From positions 256,001 through 320,000 of the forward strand of contig CANMWZ010000001.1 of assembly GCA_947501605.1 (NCBI GenBank): a stretch of 64,000 nucleotides of DNA, given 5' to 3'. Positions 9,567 to 19,018 of this stretch are shown here, in pieces; the first letter of the stretch is position 1, and each line of letters starts with the position of its first letter. The translations under genes and the position numbers were made by a program. The notes below the pieces were generated by a model. It did no database searches. It had not been told where the DNA came from and saw only the letters and a list, made by a program, of their open reading frames with translations. Source of the stretch: Planctomycetota bacterium. Its GTDB lineage: Bacteria; Planctomycetota; UBA1135; UBA2386.

Positions 9567-11057
9567 ATGTGGACAGAGCGCGGCCTTCGATTCCGACGCT
9601 CGGCGTTGGCGCTCGTACTCTTCCTACCCGCACTCGCTGGTTGCGCCCTCGTCCCCAAGGAGTTGAACCTCACGCCGCTGTGGTTCCACCGCCTCGACGA
9701 GAACGGGCAGATGCTCGAAGCGGATGCGCTGTGGCCGATCGTGCACTACGAGCGCACGCCCGATGGCGGCGACGACTTCCGGATCAGACCGTTGTGGCGA
9801 CGCGTGACCGAGCCCGAACTCGAGGCCGTCGAACACCAGTTCCTCTGCCCTCTCGGTCGCATCCGCAGCGATTCGACCGAGACCTCGCATCGGCTGTTCC
9901 CGCTCTGGAGCTGGCGCAACCACGTGGACGACAACGGCTACCAGGACATTGACTGGTACGCAGTGTTCCCGTTCCTGTGGGGTGGCTGGCACGAGCGCGA
10001 TCGGGAGAACTACTTCGCGTTCCTGCCCTTCTACGCTGACATCCCGCAGTTTCTGACGTACGACCGCTTCCGCAGTTACCTCTTCCCGTTCTACGTCGGA
10101 CTCGACAAAGAAGGCCACCACCACACGCTGCTGCTGTGGCCCTTCGTCGGTTTCTCGCACTGCGCCGAAGGCCACCACAGCTGGTTCCGCGTGTTCCCGT
10201 TCTACGGCCACGACATCGATGAGGGCCGCCACACCCGACGCTTCGTGCTCTGGCCATTCGTGAGTTGGGGCGTCGAAAACGAGGACTCGCCGAGGCGCGA
10301 GCCGGTGTCGTCGTTCTGGTTCTGGCCATTCTTCGGCATCAAGTCGAGCCGTGAGGTGTCCGGGCTCTCCATTCTGTGGCCGCTGTTCGAACGCGTGTCT
10401 GACGAAGGTCGATTCACCCGGATCAACCTCTTGTGGCCTCTGTTTCACTATTACGACGCGCCCTTCGACCAGAACCTGAATCAGTGGTGGCTGTGGCCGT
10501 TCGTCGGACGCGCCGATAGTGATGACCAGCACAACTGGTCGTTCCTCTGGCCCCTCATCTGGTGGCGTCACTACGACGACCCCGACCAGACCACCGATCA
10601 GCAGTGGGTCCTGCCGCTGTTCTGGCACGTGCGTCAACAGTTCGAGTCCGGCGAGAACGAAGACCACCTCAAACTCTGGCCCGTCGCACACCGCACCGTT
10701 TTGCGCAACGAGAGCGGCGAGCGCCTGTCCGGCGACTGGAGCATGCTGTCACCGCTCCCTGCGCGCGGGACCAATGCGACCGGGTGGGAGGAGGCATACG
10801 GTTTTCTCTGGCAGTTCGCTGCCGGTCGGCAGCGCGCCCCGGATGACCACGCAATCGACGTGTTCGGGCGCCTCTTCACGCGCCGTGAGCGAACGGCGCT
10901 CACCACTGCGAGCATGCCGTTCCTGTTCAACTACGAAGCCGGCGACGACGGCAGCGTACTGCGAGTGCTTCAGTTCTTGCCGATCCGGCTGTCGTCGACC
11001 TCTCGGGCAACCCCTGAAGTGCCCACCAGCGACGCTGTCGCCAAGGCAACGCGATGA
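9567..11057 (+). CDS. Trp/Pro aromatic-repeat lipoprotein of unknown function, first gene of an MCE operon
   Basis: Lipobox PALAG|C; about 20 [FL]-[WF]-P-[FL] repeats; stop overlaps the mlaE start (ATGA); start placed at MWTERG. Confidence 0.8.
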   Translation: MWTERGLRFRRSALALVLFLPALAGCALVPKELNLTPLWFHRLDENGQMLEADALWPIVHYERTPDGGDDFRIRPLWRRVTEPELEAVEHQFLCPLGRIRSDSTETSHRLFPLWSWRNHVDDNGYQDIDWYAVFPFLWGGWHERDRENYFAFLPFYADIPQFLTYDRFRSYLFPFYVGLDKEGHHHTLLLWPFVGFSHCAEGHHSWFRVFPFYGHDIDEGRHTRRFVLWPFVSWGVENEDSPRREPVSSFWFWPFFGIKSSREVSGLSILWPLFERVSDEGRFTRINLLWPLFHYYDAPFDQNLNQWWLWPFVGRADSDDQHNWSFLWPLIWWRHYDDPDQTTDQQWVLPLFWHVRQQFESGENEDHLKLWPVAHRTVLRNESGERLSGDWSMLSPLPARGTNATGWEEAYGFLWQFAAGRQRAPDDHAIDVFGRLFTRRERTALTTASMPFLFNYEAGDDGSVLRVLQFLPIRLSSTSRATPEVPTSDAVAKATR

Positions 11058-11848
11058 ATCCTTTCTCGTTCACCGGCACTGCATTGAGGTCGCGCATCGA
11101 CAGCGCTGGCTTCGTCGTCGACCTGCTGGTGCGGACCGTCACGTCGTTGCCGTACCTCGGCCGGCGCCGACGATTCGCCCTCGACATGGCATTCAACGCC
11201 GGCGTACGGGCGCTGCCGGTGACCATGATCGTCGCAGCATTCGCCGGCGCGATCCTGGCGATGCAGACAGGTATCGAGCTTCGCCGCTTCGGGGACACTG
11301 GCGTTCTCGGCACGATTACGGCCTTGTCGATGTGCCGCGAGATGGGCCCGTTCATCACCGGGGTCATCCTGGCCGCAACGGTCGGGTCCTCGATGGCCGC
11401 CGAAGTCGGCACCATGAAGGTCAGCGACGAGATCAGTGCACTCGAGGTGATGTCGGTCGACCCCGTCAATTACCTGGTGCTGCCGCGCGTCGTAGCGCTG
11501 GCGATCATGTGCCCGACGCTGACCGCGCTGTCCAACCTCGTCGGCATCTTCGGCGGCAGCATCATCGCGCAGCAGAACCTCGGCGTTTCGCAAAGCCGCT
11601 TCTGGATGTCCGCGCAAGACGCCTTGACCTCGTCAGCCATGCTGCTGCCGAAGGAACTCTATGTCGGCCTGTTCAAGGCGCTGATTTTCGGCATCGCCAT
11701 CTCGGTCGTCAGCTGCGCGGCAGGACTTCGCGCAACGGGCGGCGCACTCGGCGTTGGTCTCGCGGTGCAGACCGCAGTCCGCAACTCGGTACTCCTGATC
11801 ATCGTGCTCGGGTTCATCGTCACCTGGTTCTTCTACTTTCTCGAGTGA
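11054..11848 (+). CDS. mlaE: MlaE-family ABC permease
   Basis: REMGP.ITG..LA..VGS.MAAEVGTMKVSDEISALEVM.VDP..YLVLPR. Confidence 0.95.
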   Translation: MNPFSFTGTALRSRIDSAGFVVDLLVRTVTSLPYLGRRRRFALDMAFNAGVRALPVTMIVAAFAGAILAMQTGIELRRFGDTGVLGTITALSMCREMGPFITGVILAATVGSSMAAEVGTMKVSDEISALEVMSVDPVNYLVLPRVVALAIMCPTLTALSNLVGIFGGSIIAQQNLGVSQSRFWMSAQDALTSSAMLLPKELYVGLFKALIFGIAISVVSCAAGLRATGGALGVGLAVQTAVRNSVLLIIVLGFIVTWFFYFLE

Positions 11849-12576
11849 TGATCGAACTGCGAGACGTCACCAAGCGCCTGGGCACGCGCCAGATCCTGGA
11901 GGGGATGACCTTTGCGGTCCCCAAAGGGATGAACTACGTGCTGATGGGTCCATCCGGAACCGGCAAGAGCGTGACGCTGCGCCACGTGATCGGCATCCTC
12001 AAGCCCGACCAAGGCTCCGTGCAGGTCGATGGCCAGGAAGTTCCGGCCATGGATCGGGAGCAGTTGATGGCCTTGCGCCGAAGAATGGGCTACCTGTTCC
12101 AGAACGGCGCGCTGATCAACTGGCTCTCGGTAGAACAGAACGTCGCACTACCCCTTGAGGAACATAGCAAACTGGGCAAGGGTGAGGTGCGCGACCGCGT
12201 TCACGAAGTGCTGCGCATGGTCGGCTTGCAACAAGCGGCCGAGCAGTTTCCGCCGAGCATCAGCGGCGGCATGAAGCTGCGCGCCGGGCTTGCTCGCGCA
12301 CTGGTCACGCAGCCGGAGTATGTGCTCTACGACGAGCCCAATGCCGGCCTCGACCCCATCATCAGCCACCAGATTCACCAACTGATCGCCGAAGTGCGCG
12401 ACCGCCTCGGCGTTACGGGCTTGCTCGTCACGCACTCGCGCGCGTGCGCGACCGAATGCGGCGATCGCATCGGCATCATCGAGAAGGGCAAGATCGCCAT
12501 CGAAGGCACCGTCGAGGAGATGATCGCGAGCGACCATCCTCTGGCCAAGGCCTTCCTCGGCGGCGGCTCGGACTGA
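11848..12576 (+). CDS. mlaF: MlaF/Mkl-family ABC ATPase
   Basis: ATG overlaps the mlaE TGA; GPSGTGKS, LFQNGAL, ISGGMK.R.GLARAL, YDEPNAGLDPI, VTH. Confidence 0.93.
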   Translation: MIELRDVTKRLGTRQILEGMTFAVPKGMNYVLMGPSGTGKSVTLRHVIGILKPDQGSVQVDGQEVPAMDREQLMALRRRMGYLFQNGALINWLSVEQNVALPLEEHSKLGKGEVRDRVHEVLRMVGLQQAAEQFPPSISGGMKLRAGLARALVTQPEYVLYDEPNAGLDPIISHQIHQLIAEVRDRLGVTGLLVTHSRACATECGDRIGIIEKGKIAIEGTVEEMIASDHPLAKAFLGGGSD

Positions 12577-12622
12577 AGGAGAGACCTACTGCGATGAGCA
12601 CGACCCGACGGAGACTGACCGC

Positions 12623-13792
12623 ATGAACCGCATGCAACGTGACACGGTGCTCGGCATCGTGTTCTTTGGCACCCTGGCCTTCCTGCTGTGGGCCACGGTC
12701 AACCTGACCGACGTGTCGCTCGGCAAGCGCCCACCGCTGCAGGTCTTCTTCTCTGACGCTGGCGGCATCCGAGTGGGTGACCCCGTGCTGCTGCTCGGCA
12801 AGCCGGTCGGCAAAGTGTCGCAAATCGACTTCCTGCGTGAGCGCCAGCAGCGGCGCATGCGGCTCACCCTCCTCGCGCAAGAGGACCTCGCCTTGACCGA
12901 GAAAGCGCGCGTCGAGATCCAGGACAGCGGCGTGCTCGGCGGCAAGCAGATCTACATCGATCCAGGCCAGGGATCTGACTGGCCCCAAGGTCGCGAACTC
13001 GAGGGCACGACAACAGGCAACGCGCTGGCCTCGGCCGGCAAGTTCTTTGACGGCGAAGGTCCCAGCGGCAAGGAGTTGAAGGACGCGCTCACCGAGATCC
13101 GGCTGTTCTTCCAGAACCTGAACAACCCCGAGACTTCGTCGGTCGGTGCCCTGATCAACCGACGAGATCTCTACGACGAAGTCGAGACCGCGGTGAAGAG
13201 CGTCAACCGCTTGCTCGATGCCGTGAAGAACGGCGAGGGTTTCCTCGGCAGCATCATCATGAACAAGACCCTGCGCGATGACTCGGCACGGTTCGTTGCC
13301 AACCTCGCAACCGTCAGTGACCAACTCAACCGGACCAACAACGCCCTCGGCCGCCTGCTCAACGACAAGGAGATGTCCGATCACCTTGCGCGGCTTGCCT
13401 ACAACCTCGACGCGATCGCCAACCGAGCCGCTGAAGGCAGAGGGATCGTCGGTCGCCTGGTCAACGATGAGGCCCTCGCCGACCAACTCACCACCGCGAT
13501 TGAGTCGCTCGCCAGCGTGTTGCAGAAGGCCAACGACCCCACAGCCGGGGCGATCGGAGCCGCTTTGGGCGACCAGGAACTGAAGAACGACCTCCGCGGC
13601 GTGGTCGCAAATCTCCGCTCGGTGACCGCCAAGCTCGACGAGGGCAAGGGCCTGCTGTCCGTGCTCATCAACGACGAGGACATGGGTATCCGCTTCCGCC
13701 GCATCCTGACTCAGGTGTCGCGCGCCCTCGAGGACGCCCGCGAGGCTGCGCCGATCGGAAACTTCGTTCAGGTTCTGTTCGGAGCGTTCTGA
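12623..13792 (+). CDS. mlaD: MlaD/MCE-domain protein with a long helical repeat tail
   Basis: N-terminal TM, F.DAGGIRVGDPV.LLGK.VGKV, GVLGGKQIYIDPG, repeated G.G.LG.L.ND units. Confidence 0.92.
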   Translation: MNRMQRDTVLGIVFFGTLAFLLWATVNLTDVSLGKRPPLQVFFSDAGGIRVGDPVLLLGKPVGKVSQIDFLRERQQRRMRLTLLAQEDLALTEKARVEIQDSGVLGGKQIYIDPGQGSDWPQGRELEGTTTGNALASAGKFFDGEGPSGKELKDALTEIRLFFQNLNNPETSSVGALINRRDLYDEVETAVKSVNRLLDAVKNGEGFLGSIIMNKTLRDDSARFVANLATVSDQLNRTNNALGRLLNDKEMSDHLARLAYNLDAIANRAAEGRGIVGRLVNDEALADQLTTAIESLASVLQKANDPTAGAIGAALGDQELKNDLRGVVANLRSVTAKLDEGKGLLSVLINDEDMGIRFRRILTQVSRALEDAREAAPIGNFVQVLFGAF

Positions 13793-14436
13793 CCCGCGGG
13801 TTTGCGCGAAGCCTCCCCGGAGAACTGCTCGCCAGAAAGGCCAAGCCCGCGCGCCGCTAGCATCTGCTCCACATACTTGGCGATTACGTCGACCTCGACG
13901 TGCAGCCCGTCGCCAACGCCCTTGCGTCCTAGGGTCGTCCACTGCGCCGTGTGCGGAATGACCGCGATTCGGACCCCGTTGTCGGTCAGCGCGGCAATCG
14001 TCAGGGACACTCCGTCGAGGGTGATCGAGCCCTTCTCGACGCAGTAACGACGCAGCTCGGGCGGGACCATTGCCCCCAGGGTCCCACCCGCCGCTTCGTC
14101 GATGGTCGCGGTCACCGCCCCAACCCCGTCAACGTGACCCTGGACCAGATGCCCGCCCAGGGGATCGCCAGCCCGGAGGGCTCCTTCGAGGTTGAGCCGG
14201 TCGCCAAGCCTGGCTGTGCCCAGCCAAGTTCGGGCCAGCGTCTCCGGAGAGAGGTGAAAGGTAGCGCTCCCCCCATCGAGCCTCACCAGGGTGCAGCACA
14301 CCCCGGACAGCGCAATCGAGTCTCCGATCCGGAACGGGCCGGCCAGCCCACCCAACTCGACCTCGAGATCCCGGCCCGAACCGGCAGCTGCATTCCCGAA
14401 TACGGTGCCAATTGCCGCGACCAAACCTGTGAACAT
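13768..14436 (-). CDS. ribE: Riboflavin synthase alpha chain
   Basis: MFTGLV, GDSIALSGVCCT, GGHLVQGHVDG, KGSITLDGVSLT, IPHT. Confidence 0.96.
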   Translation of the reverse strand: MFTGLVAAIGTVFGNAAAGSGRDLEVELGGLAGPFRIGDSIALSGVCCTLVRLDGGSATFHLSPETLARTWLGTARLGDRLNLEGALRAGDPLGGHLVQGHVDGVGAVTATIDEAAGGTLGAMVPPELRRYCVEKGSITLDGVSLTIAALTDNGVRIAVIPHTAQWTTLGRKGVGDGLHVEVDVIAKYVEQMLAARGLGLSGEQFSGEASRKPAGQNAPNRT

Positions 14437-14484
14437 GCGCGCAGGCTAGCCCCTTGCTCCGGCGAACCAAGTGCCAGCGGCTTC

Positions 14485-14513
14485 TTGACCACCCCGAGGC
14501 GCGCCCCTACTCT
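14485..14513 (+). promoter_or_regulatory. Putative sigma70 promoter for trmD-rplS
   Basis: TTGACC-N17-TACTCT, ending 30 nt before the trmD GTG. Confidence 0.6.
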
Positions 14514-14542
14514 CCCCCACCCTTTCTTCGCGGCCAAGCCCC

Positions 14543-15298
14543 GTGTTCTGTGCAATCCTGACGCTCTTTCCGGGGGCCTTACGCCCCTATCTGGACGAGA
14601 GCATTCTCGGGATTGCCCAGGCGCAGGGAAAGCTCGGAATCGAACTGATCGATTTCCGAGCGTTCACCACCGACCCGCACCGAACTGTCGACGATCGACC
14701 GTTTGGTGGCGGCCCCGGCATGGTGCTGAAGCCCGAACCGATCTTTGAAGCCATTGAGGATGTGGAGACCCGACGCGGGCCGTTCCACAAAATCCTGCTC
14801 TGCCCACGCGGCAAGACCTTCACGCAGCAGCGCGCGCGCGAGCTGTCCAAGTTGGACCAGCTCCTGTTCGTTTGCGGCCGCTACGAGGGTTATGACGAAC
14901 GCATCCGCCAGGGCATGTCCTTCGAGGAGATCTCGCTCGGCGACTTCATTGTCGCCGGGGGCGAACTCGCTGCGATGGCCGTGCTCGAAGCCAGCGTTCG
15001 CCTGATTCCAGGCGTGCTCGGTTGCGCGCAGTCTCCCGAACTCGAATCGTTCGAAGGCGACCTGCTCGACTATCCGCAGTACACCCGGCCGCGCAGCTAC
15101 CGCGGCATGGACGTGCCGCCGGTGCTGATGTCCGGTGACCACGCTGCCGTGGCGCGCTGGCGGCTCGAGCAGGCGCAACTCCTCACGGCCAAGAAACACC
15201 AACTCACCGCCGGTCCGAAGACCGACGGCCAACCCAAGACTGAGGGCTCCGACCCGCTTGCCGCAAGGCGCGGCGGTGGGATCGAGCCAGAGGCGTAG
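14543..15298 (+). CDS. trmD: tRNA (guanine37-N1)-methyltransferase
   Basis: VDDRPFGGGPGMVLKPEP, CGRYEG.DER, SLGDF...GGE, LDYPQYTRP, SGDH. Confidence 0.97.
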   Translation: MFCAILTLFPGALRPYLDESILGIAQAQGKLGIELIDFRAFTTDPHRTVDDRPFGGGPGMVLKPEPIFEAIEDVETRRGPFHKILLCPRGKTFTQQRARELSKLDQLLFVCGRYEGYDERIRQGMSFEEISLGDFIVAGGELAAMAVLEASVRLIPGVLGCAQSPELESFEGDLLDYPQYTRPRSYRGMDVPPVLMSGDHAAVARWRLEQAQLLTAKKHQLTAGPKTDGQPKTEGSDPLAARRGGGIEPEA

Positions 15299-15304
15299 AC
15301 GACG

Positions 15305-15721
15305 ATGAACATCCTGCGGCAGATCGAAATCGAGAACATGAAGGCCTCCGTCCCGGACTTCGGGATCGGCGACACGGTCGATGTCCACTACCAGATCAAG
15401 GAAGGCGACAAGGAGCGCATCCAGGTGTTCTCGGGCACCGTGATCGCGATCACCGGCCGCGGCATCCGTCGCACGGCCCTGATCCGTCGCCTCGTCGCCG
15501 GCGAGGGCGTCGAACGGCGCTTCCCGATCCACTCGCCGCGCGTCGCCGACGTCCGCGTCAGGGGCCGGGGCAAGGCGCGTCGCGCCAAGCTCTACTACCT
15601 CCGCGAACTGGAAGGCAAGGCGACTCGCCTGAAGCCCAACATGGGCAAGGCCCGCTATCCGCGCTCGCTCAAGAGCAAAGCGGGTCAGGCCAAGCAAGAC
15701 GCGCCGAAGCAGGACTCGTAG
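15305..15721 (+). CDS. rplS: 50S ribosomal protein L19
   Basis: GDTV.V...IKEGDKERIQVF.G.VI, GEGVER.FP.HSP, RRAKLYYLR. Confidence 0.98.
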   Translation: MNILRQIEIENMKASVPDFGIGDTVDVHYQIKEGDKERIQVFSGTVIAITGRGIRRTALIRRLVAGEGVERRFPIHSPRVADVRVRGRGKARRAKLYYLRELEGKATRLKPNMGKARYPRSLKSKAGQAKQDAPKQDS

Positions 15722-15852
15722 TTCCGAGTGCATCGTCGACTGCTGGTTGGTCGACCTGTGGGTCGATAACCGGTGGCGCCGCGACCGGCTCGCGGCGTAG
15801 TTCGTAAGAATCCTCCTATGCGCCGGGCGACTGCGGCCGGCGCTGTTTCACC

Positions 15853-18800
15853 ATGCTCGAGAACGCTCGCCGCCAGGTCATCCTGGTTCTGCTGACGATC
15901 GTCGGCGCCCTGCTCTGCTCGTACTTGATGACGCCAGGCTTCGGCATGGACCTCAAGGGCGGCAACCAACTGATCTACGAGGTGCCCGAAGAAGTCCTGG
16001 CCAAGTTGGTCAAGGCGGACGCGAACACTTCGATCGATGCGGTGATGGATCACACGGTCCGCATCGTGCGGGACCGCATCGACCCGACCGGCGTGCTCGA
16101 TGCTCTGGTCTCCCGCCGCGGCCAGAATGGCATCCTGATTGAGTTGCCCTACCGCGAGAAGTCCGAGCTCGACGTGATCAAGGCGCGGATCACCAGCCTC
16201 GGCAAGCTGGAGATGCGCATCGTTGCCTACCAGGGTTGGACGCAAGGCGAGTTGGCCTTCGATCTGCCCGCGGAGAAGCGGCGACTCGAAGACTGGCTGA
16301 AGACCGGCGGCAAGGAACTCGTCCTCGAGGACTACCGCAACATCGACCGATTCAACGACTCGCCCAACACTGGCCCGGTCGCATTCGGCAAGGTCCAGTG
16401 GGTCCCGCACCTCGTCGAGCCGCAACTCGAGAACAAGAAGCTGTGGAGCCTGCCCATGTCGATGGGCCAGTCCGGCGACGGTGTGCAACCGCTAGCGGAG
16501 TCAGTCGTCGCGGTGTTTGACCAAGCCGCCGACTTCAATGGTGGCATGCTGCCGGAAGCCCGCAGCAAGCAGGAGCGCCCGTTCCTCCTTGAGTATCTGG
16601 CCATCAACACCGCGGAGCGCCACTTCCGCGGCGAGGATTTGGATCCGAGCGGCGTCGGTGAGACCCGCTCCCCCGATGGTCGTCCTGCGGTGCACTACAA
16701 GATCCGCGACGAGCTGAGCGGCAAGTACGCCGACTGGTCGGGTCAGTACAAGAAGAAGCACAGTGCGATCATCCTCAACGGCGTGGTGCGCTCGGCTCCT
16801 TACTTCGTCGGACGCATTCCAGGCGTCGGCCAGATCAGCGGTTCGTTCACCTCGGCCGAGGTCAATGACCTCGTCAAGGTACTGCGCACCGGCTCGCTGC
16901 AAGTCGAGCCGCAGATGCTCAGCGACAGCTCGGTTGGCCCGACACTCGGCGCGCGGGCACTGCGCCTGGGTGAGATCTCGCTGATCGCAGGCACCCTCGC
17001 GGTGTTCGCGTTCATGCTCTGGTACTACAAGCTCGCCGGCGTCGTCGCCTGCATCACGTTGCTCCTCAACGTGCTGCTGCTGTGGGCTGCGGTGCTCTTC
17101 ATGCAGGCCACGATCACGCTGCCAGGCCTCGGCGGCATCGTCCTGACCATGGGCATGGCCGTCGACGCCAACGTGCTCATCTACGAGCGCATCCGCGAAG
17201 AAGCCGATCGGGGCAAGGACATGCTCCGCGCCGTACGCGCTGGTTTCGAACGCGCGATGTCGGCGATTCTCGACTCGAACATCACGACGTTTCTCACCGG
17301 GCTGGTGCTCTACAACGTCGGCGTCGGTCCCGTGCGAGGCTTCGCCGTCACGCTGATGGTCGGCATCGTCACCACGGTGTTCACGCAGTTCTTCGTGACG
17401 CGCCTCCTGTTCCACTTCCTTTTGGTCAAGGAGAAGCTGAAGGACTTCAAGGTGCGCCGGCTCTTGGCGCAGCCAACCTTCGACTACCTGCGCCATGGCA
17501 GGACTGCAGTTACCGGCAGCGTGATCGTGATTGCGCTTGGCTTGATCTACGCCATCGCGTTCGTGCCCTCGGAAGTGTCGCAGGGCATCGACTTCAAGGG
17601 CGGCGCCAACCTGCAGATGCTGGTGAAGCAGCCGACCGAGGTGGAGTCCATTGCGAACAAGCTGGCCGCTGACGCCGACTTCCAGCGCGACTTCCGCAAT
17701 GCCACGGTCAACACGATCGAGCAAGGTGCAGACGGCAAGGCCAGCTCATTCAATGTGCGCCTCAAGCTCACCGACACCATGCGTGCGCAGATCGAACTCG
17801 ACCGCACCGCATGGCGTGAACAGCGACGAGCAGCAGCAGACGCCGGCAACGAGCCGCCCGCGCCGTACGTCGCGCCCTACATCGCGCACATGCGACGCAT
17901 CTTCGCCGACGACCTCGTCCAGTCGGCGTACAGCGATCCAGACGTCATCCCGGGTACCAACAACGATGCGTTCGCGCAGATCACCTTGCACTTCCAGCGC
18001 CCGGTCGAAGTGCTGAAGCTGCAACAGCTGCTGGCGAAGGTGAAGGTGCCGCTGGCACGGGCCAGCATCCTTGGCAACACGGCTGCGACCCAATCGCAGG
18101 ACTTGTTTGTCGAATGGACCACGGGGCCGAAGACGACCAAGACGCAGCTGTTCGACTACATCCGCGAAGCGCTGGCCAAGGCCAAGACCGAAGACGCGCT
18201 CAAGGACATCGATGGCAACCCCGTCCGGCTGTCGGACCCCTTCCCGGAGGCCCAAGAGATCCAAGGGCGCATGGTCGGAGAGCTCCGCAATGCCGCAATC
18301 GGAGCGCTCATCCTGTCGTGGGGCCTGATCATCTTCTACCTCCGCGTTCGCTTCCACGAGTACAAGTACGGCATCGCTGCCGTCGCGGCCCTCGTGCACG
18401 ACGTGCTGGTCGCGTTCGTAGTCGTCGTTGCCTTCAACTACTTCGGTTGGGTGCACGCCGAGATCAACCTGAACATGATCGCCTGCTTCTTGACGATCAT
18501 TGGTTACTCGGTCAACGACACGATCGTCATCTTCGACCGCATCCGTGAGAACCTCGCCGAGGAGCAAAAGCTCGGTGGCCACCTGTCGCTGCCCAAGTTG
18601 ATCAACCTGTCGGTCAACCAGACGATGTCGCGCACGATCCTGACGACCGGCGTCACGCTGTTCGTCGTGCTCGCGCAGTTCCTGGTCAACTGGGGCACCG
18701 GCTCCGACCTGGAGTCGTTCTCGTTCGCCATGTTCGTGGGCATGATCAGCGGCACCTACAGCACGATCTTCATCGCGGCGCCGGTGTTGACCTGGATCGC

Positions 18801-18864
18801 CAACCGCTACCCGAGCACGTTCGCCGCGCCGACGCCGGCACCAGCCGAAGTCGTTGCCGAGTGA
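15853..18864 (+). CDS. secDF: Fused protein translocase subunit SecDF
   Basis: GMDLKGG, VGPTLG, GMAVDANVLIYERIREE, ILDSNITT, GIDFKGG, GYSVNDTIVIFDRIRE, GTYSTIFIA. Confidence 0.96.
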   Translation: MLENARRQVILVLLTIVGALLCSYLMTPGFGMDLKGGNQLIYEVPEEVLAKLVKADANTSIDAVMDHTVRIVRDRIDPTGVLDALVSRRGQNGILIELPYREKSELDVIKARITSLGKLEMRIVAYQGWTQGELAFDLPAEKRRLEDWLKTGGKELVLEDYRNIDRFNDSPNTGPVAFGKVQWVPHLVEPQLENKKLWSLPMSMGQSGDGVQPLAESVVAVFDQAADFNGGMLPEARSKQERPFLLEYLAINTAERHFRGEDLDPSGVGETRSPDGRPAVHYKIRDELSGKYADWSGQYKKKHSAIILNGVVRSAPYFVGRIPGVGQISGSFTSAEVNDLVKVLRTGSLQVEPQMLSDSSVGPTLGARALRLGEISLIAGTLAVFAFMLWYYKLAGVVACITLLLNVLLLWAAVLFMQATITLPGLGGIVLTMGMAVDANVLIYERIREEADRGKDMLRAVRAGFERAMSAILDSNITTFLTGLVLYNVGVGPVRGFAVTLMVGIVTTVFTQFFVTRLLFHFLLVKEKLKDFKVRRLLAQPTFDYLRHGRTAVTGSVIVIALGLIYAIAFVPSEVSQGIDFKGGANLQMLVKQPTEVESIANKLAADADFQRDFRNATVNTIEQGADGKASSFNVRLKLTDTMRAQIELDRTAWREQRRAAADAGNEPPAPYVAPYIAHMRRIFADDLVQSAYSDPDVIPGTNNDAFAQITLHFQRPVEVLKLQQLLAKVKVPLARASILGNTAATQSQDLFVEWTTGPKTTKTQLFDYIREALAKAKTEDALKDIDGNPVRLSDPFPEAQEIQGRMVGELRNAAIGALILSWGLIIFYLRVRFHEYKYGIAAVAALVHDVLVAFVVVVAFNYFGWVHAEINLNMIACFLTIIGYSVNDTIVIFDRIRENLAEEQKLGGHLSLPKLINLSVNQTMSRTILTTGVTLFVVLAQFLVNWGTGSDLESFSFAMFVGMISGTYSTIFIAAPVLTWIANRYPSTFAAPTPAPAEVVAE

Positions 18865-18865
18865 G

Positions 18866-18935
18866 GCCCCCGGTAGTGAGCTCCCACTAGCGATGTCCCA
18901 GTAGAGATGTCCCAGTAGCGAAGTCCGCGCAGCGA
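18866..18935. repeat. Five degenerate 14-bp tandem repeats
   Basis: gcccccggtagtga / gctcccactagcga / tgtcccagtagaga / tgtcccagtagcga / agtccgcgcagcga. Confidence 0.8.
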
Positions 18936-19018
18936 TCGCTACCCTGTGATCGCGGCGCGGCGGCCCTTGCGGAATCCTCCGCCGGCCCTCCGACGCGCTG
19001 CTCCGGTGGCGCCCCTTC

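Noticed and set aside
10519..11847. Long N-terminal extension of the ABC ATPase (685-aa ORF)
   Set aside because: It overlaps mlaE and the repeat lipoprotein in another frame; the ATG at 11848 overlapping the mlaE stop is the natural start
14437..14542. FMN riboswitch upstream of ribE
   Set aside because: The intergenic region is short and lacks the conserved AGGGCGGGGTGAAATTCCC-type core
18866..18935. 14-bp repeats as CRISPR or replication-origin iterons
   Set aside because: Too short, no spacers, and no rep/dnaA gene or AT-rich unwinding region nearby
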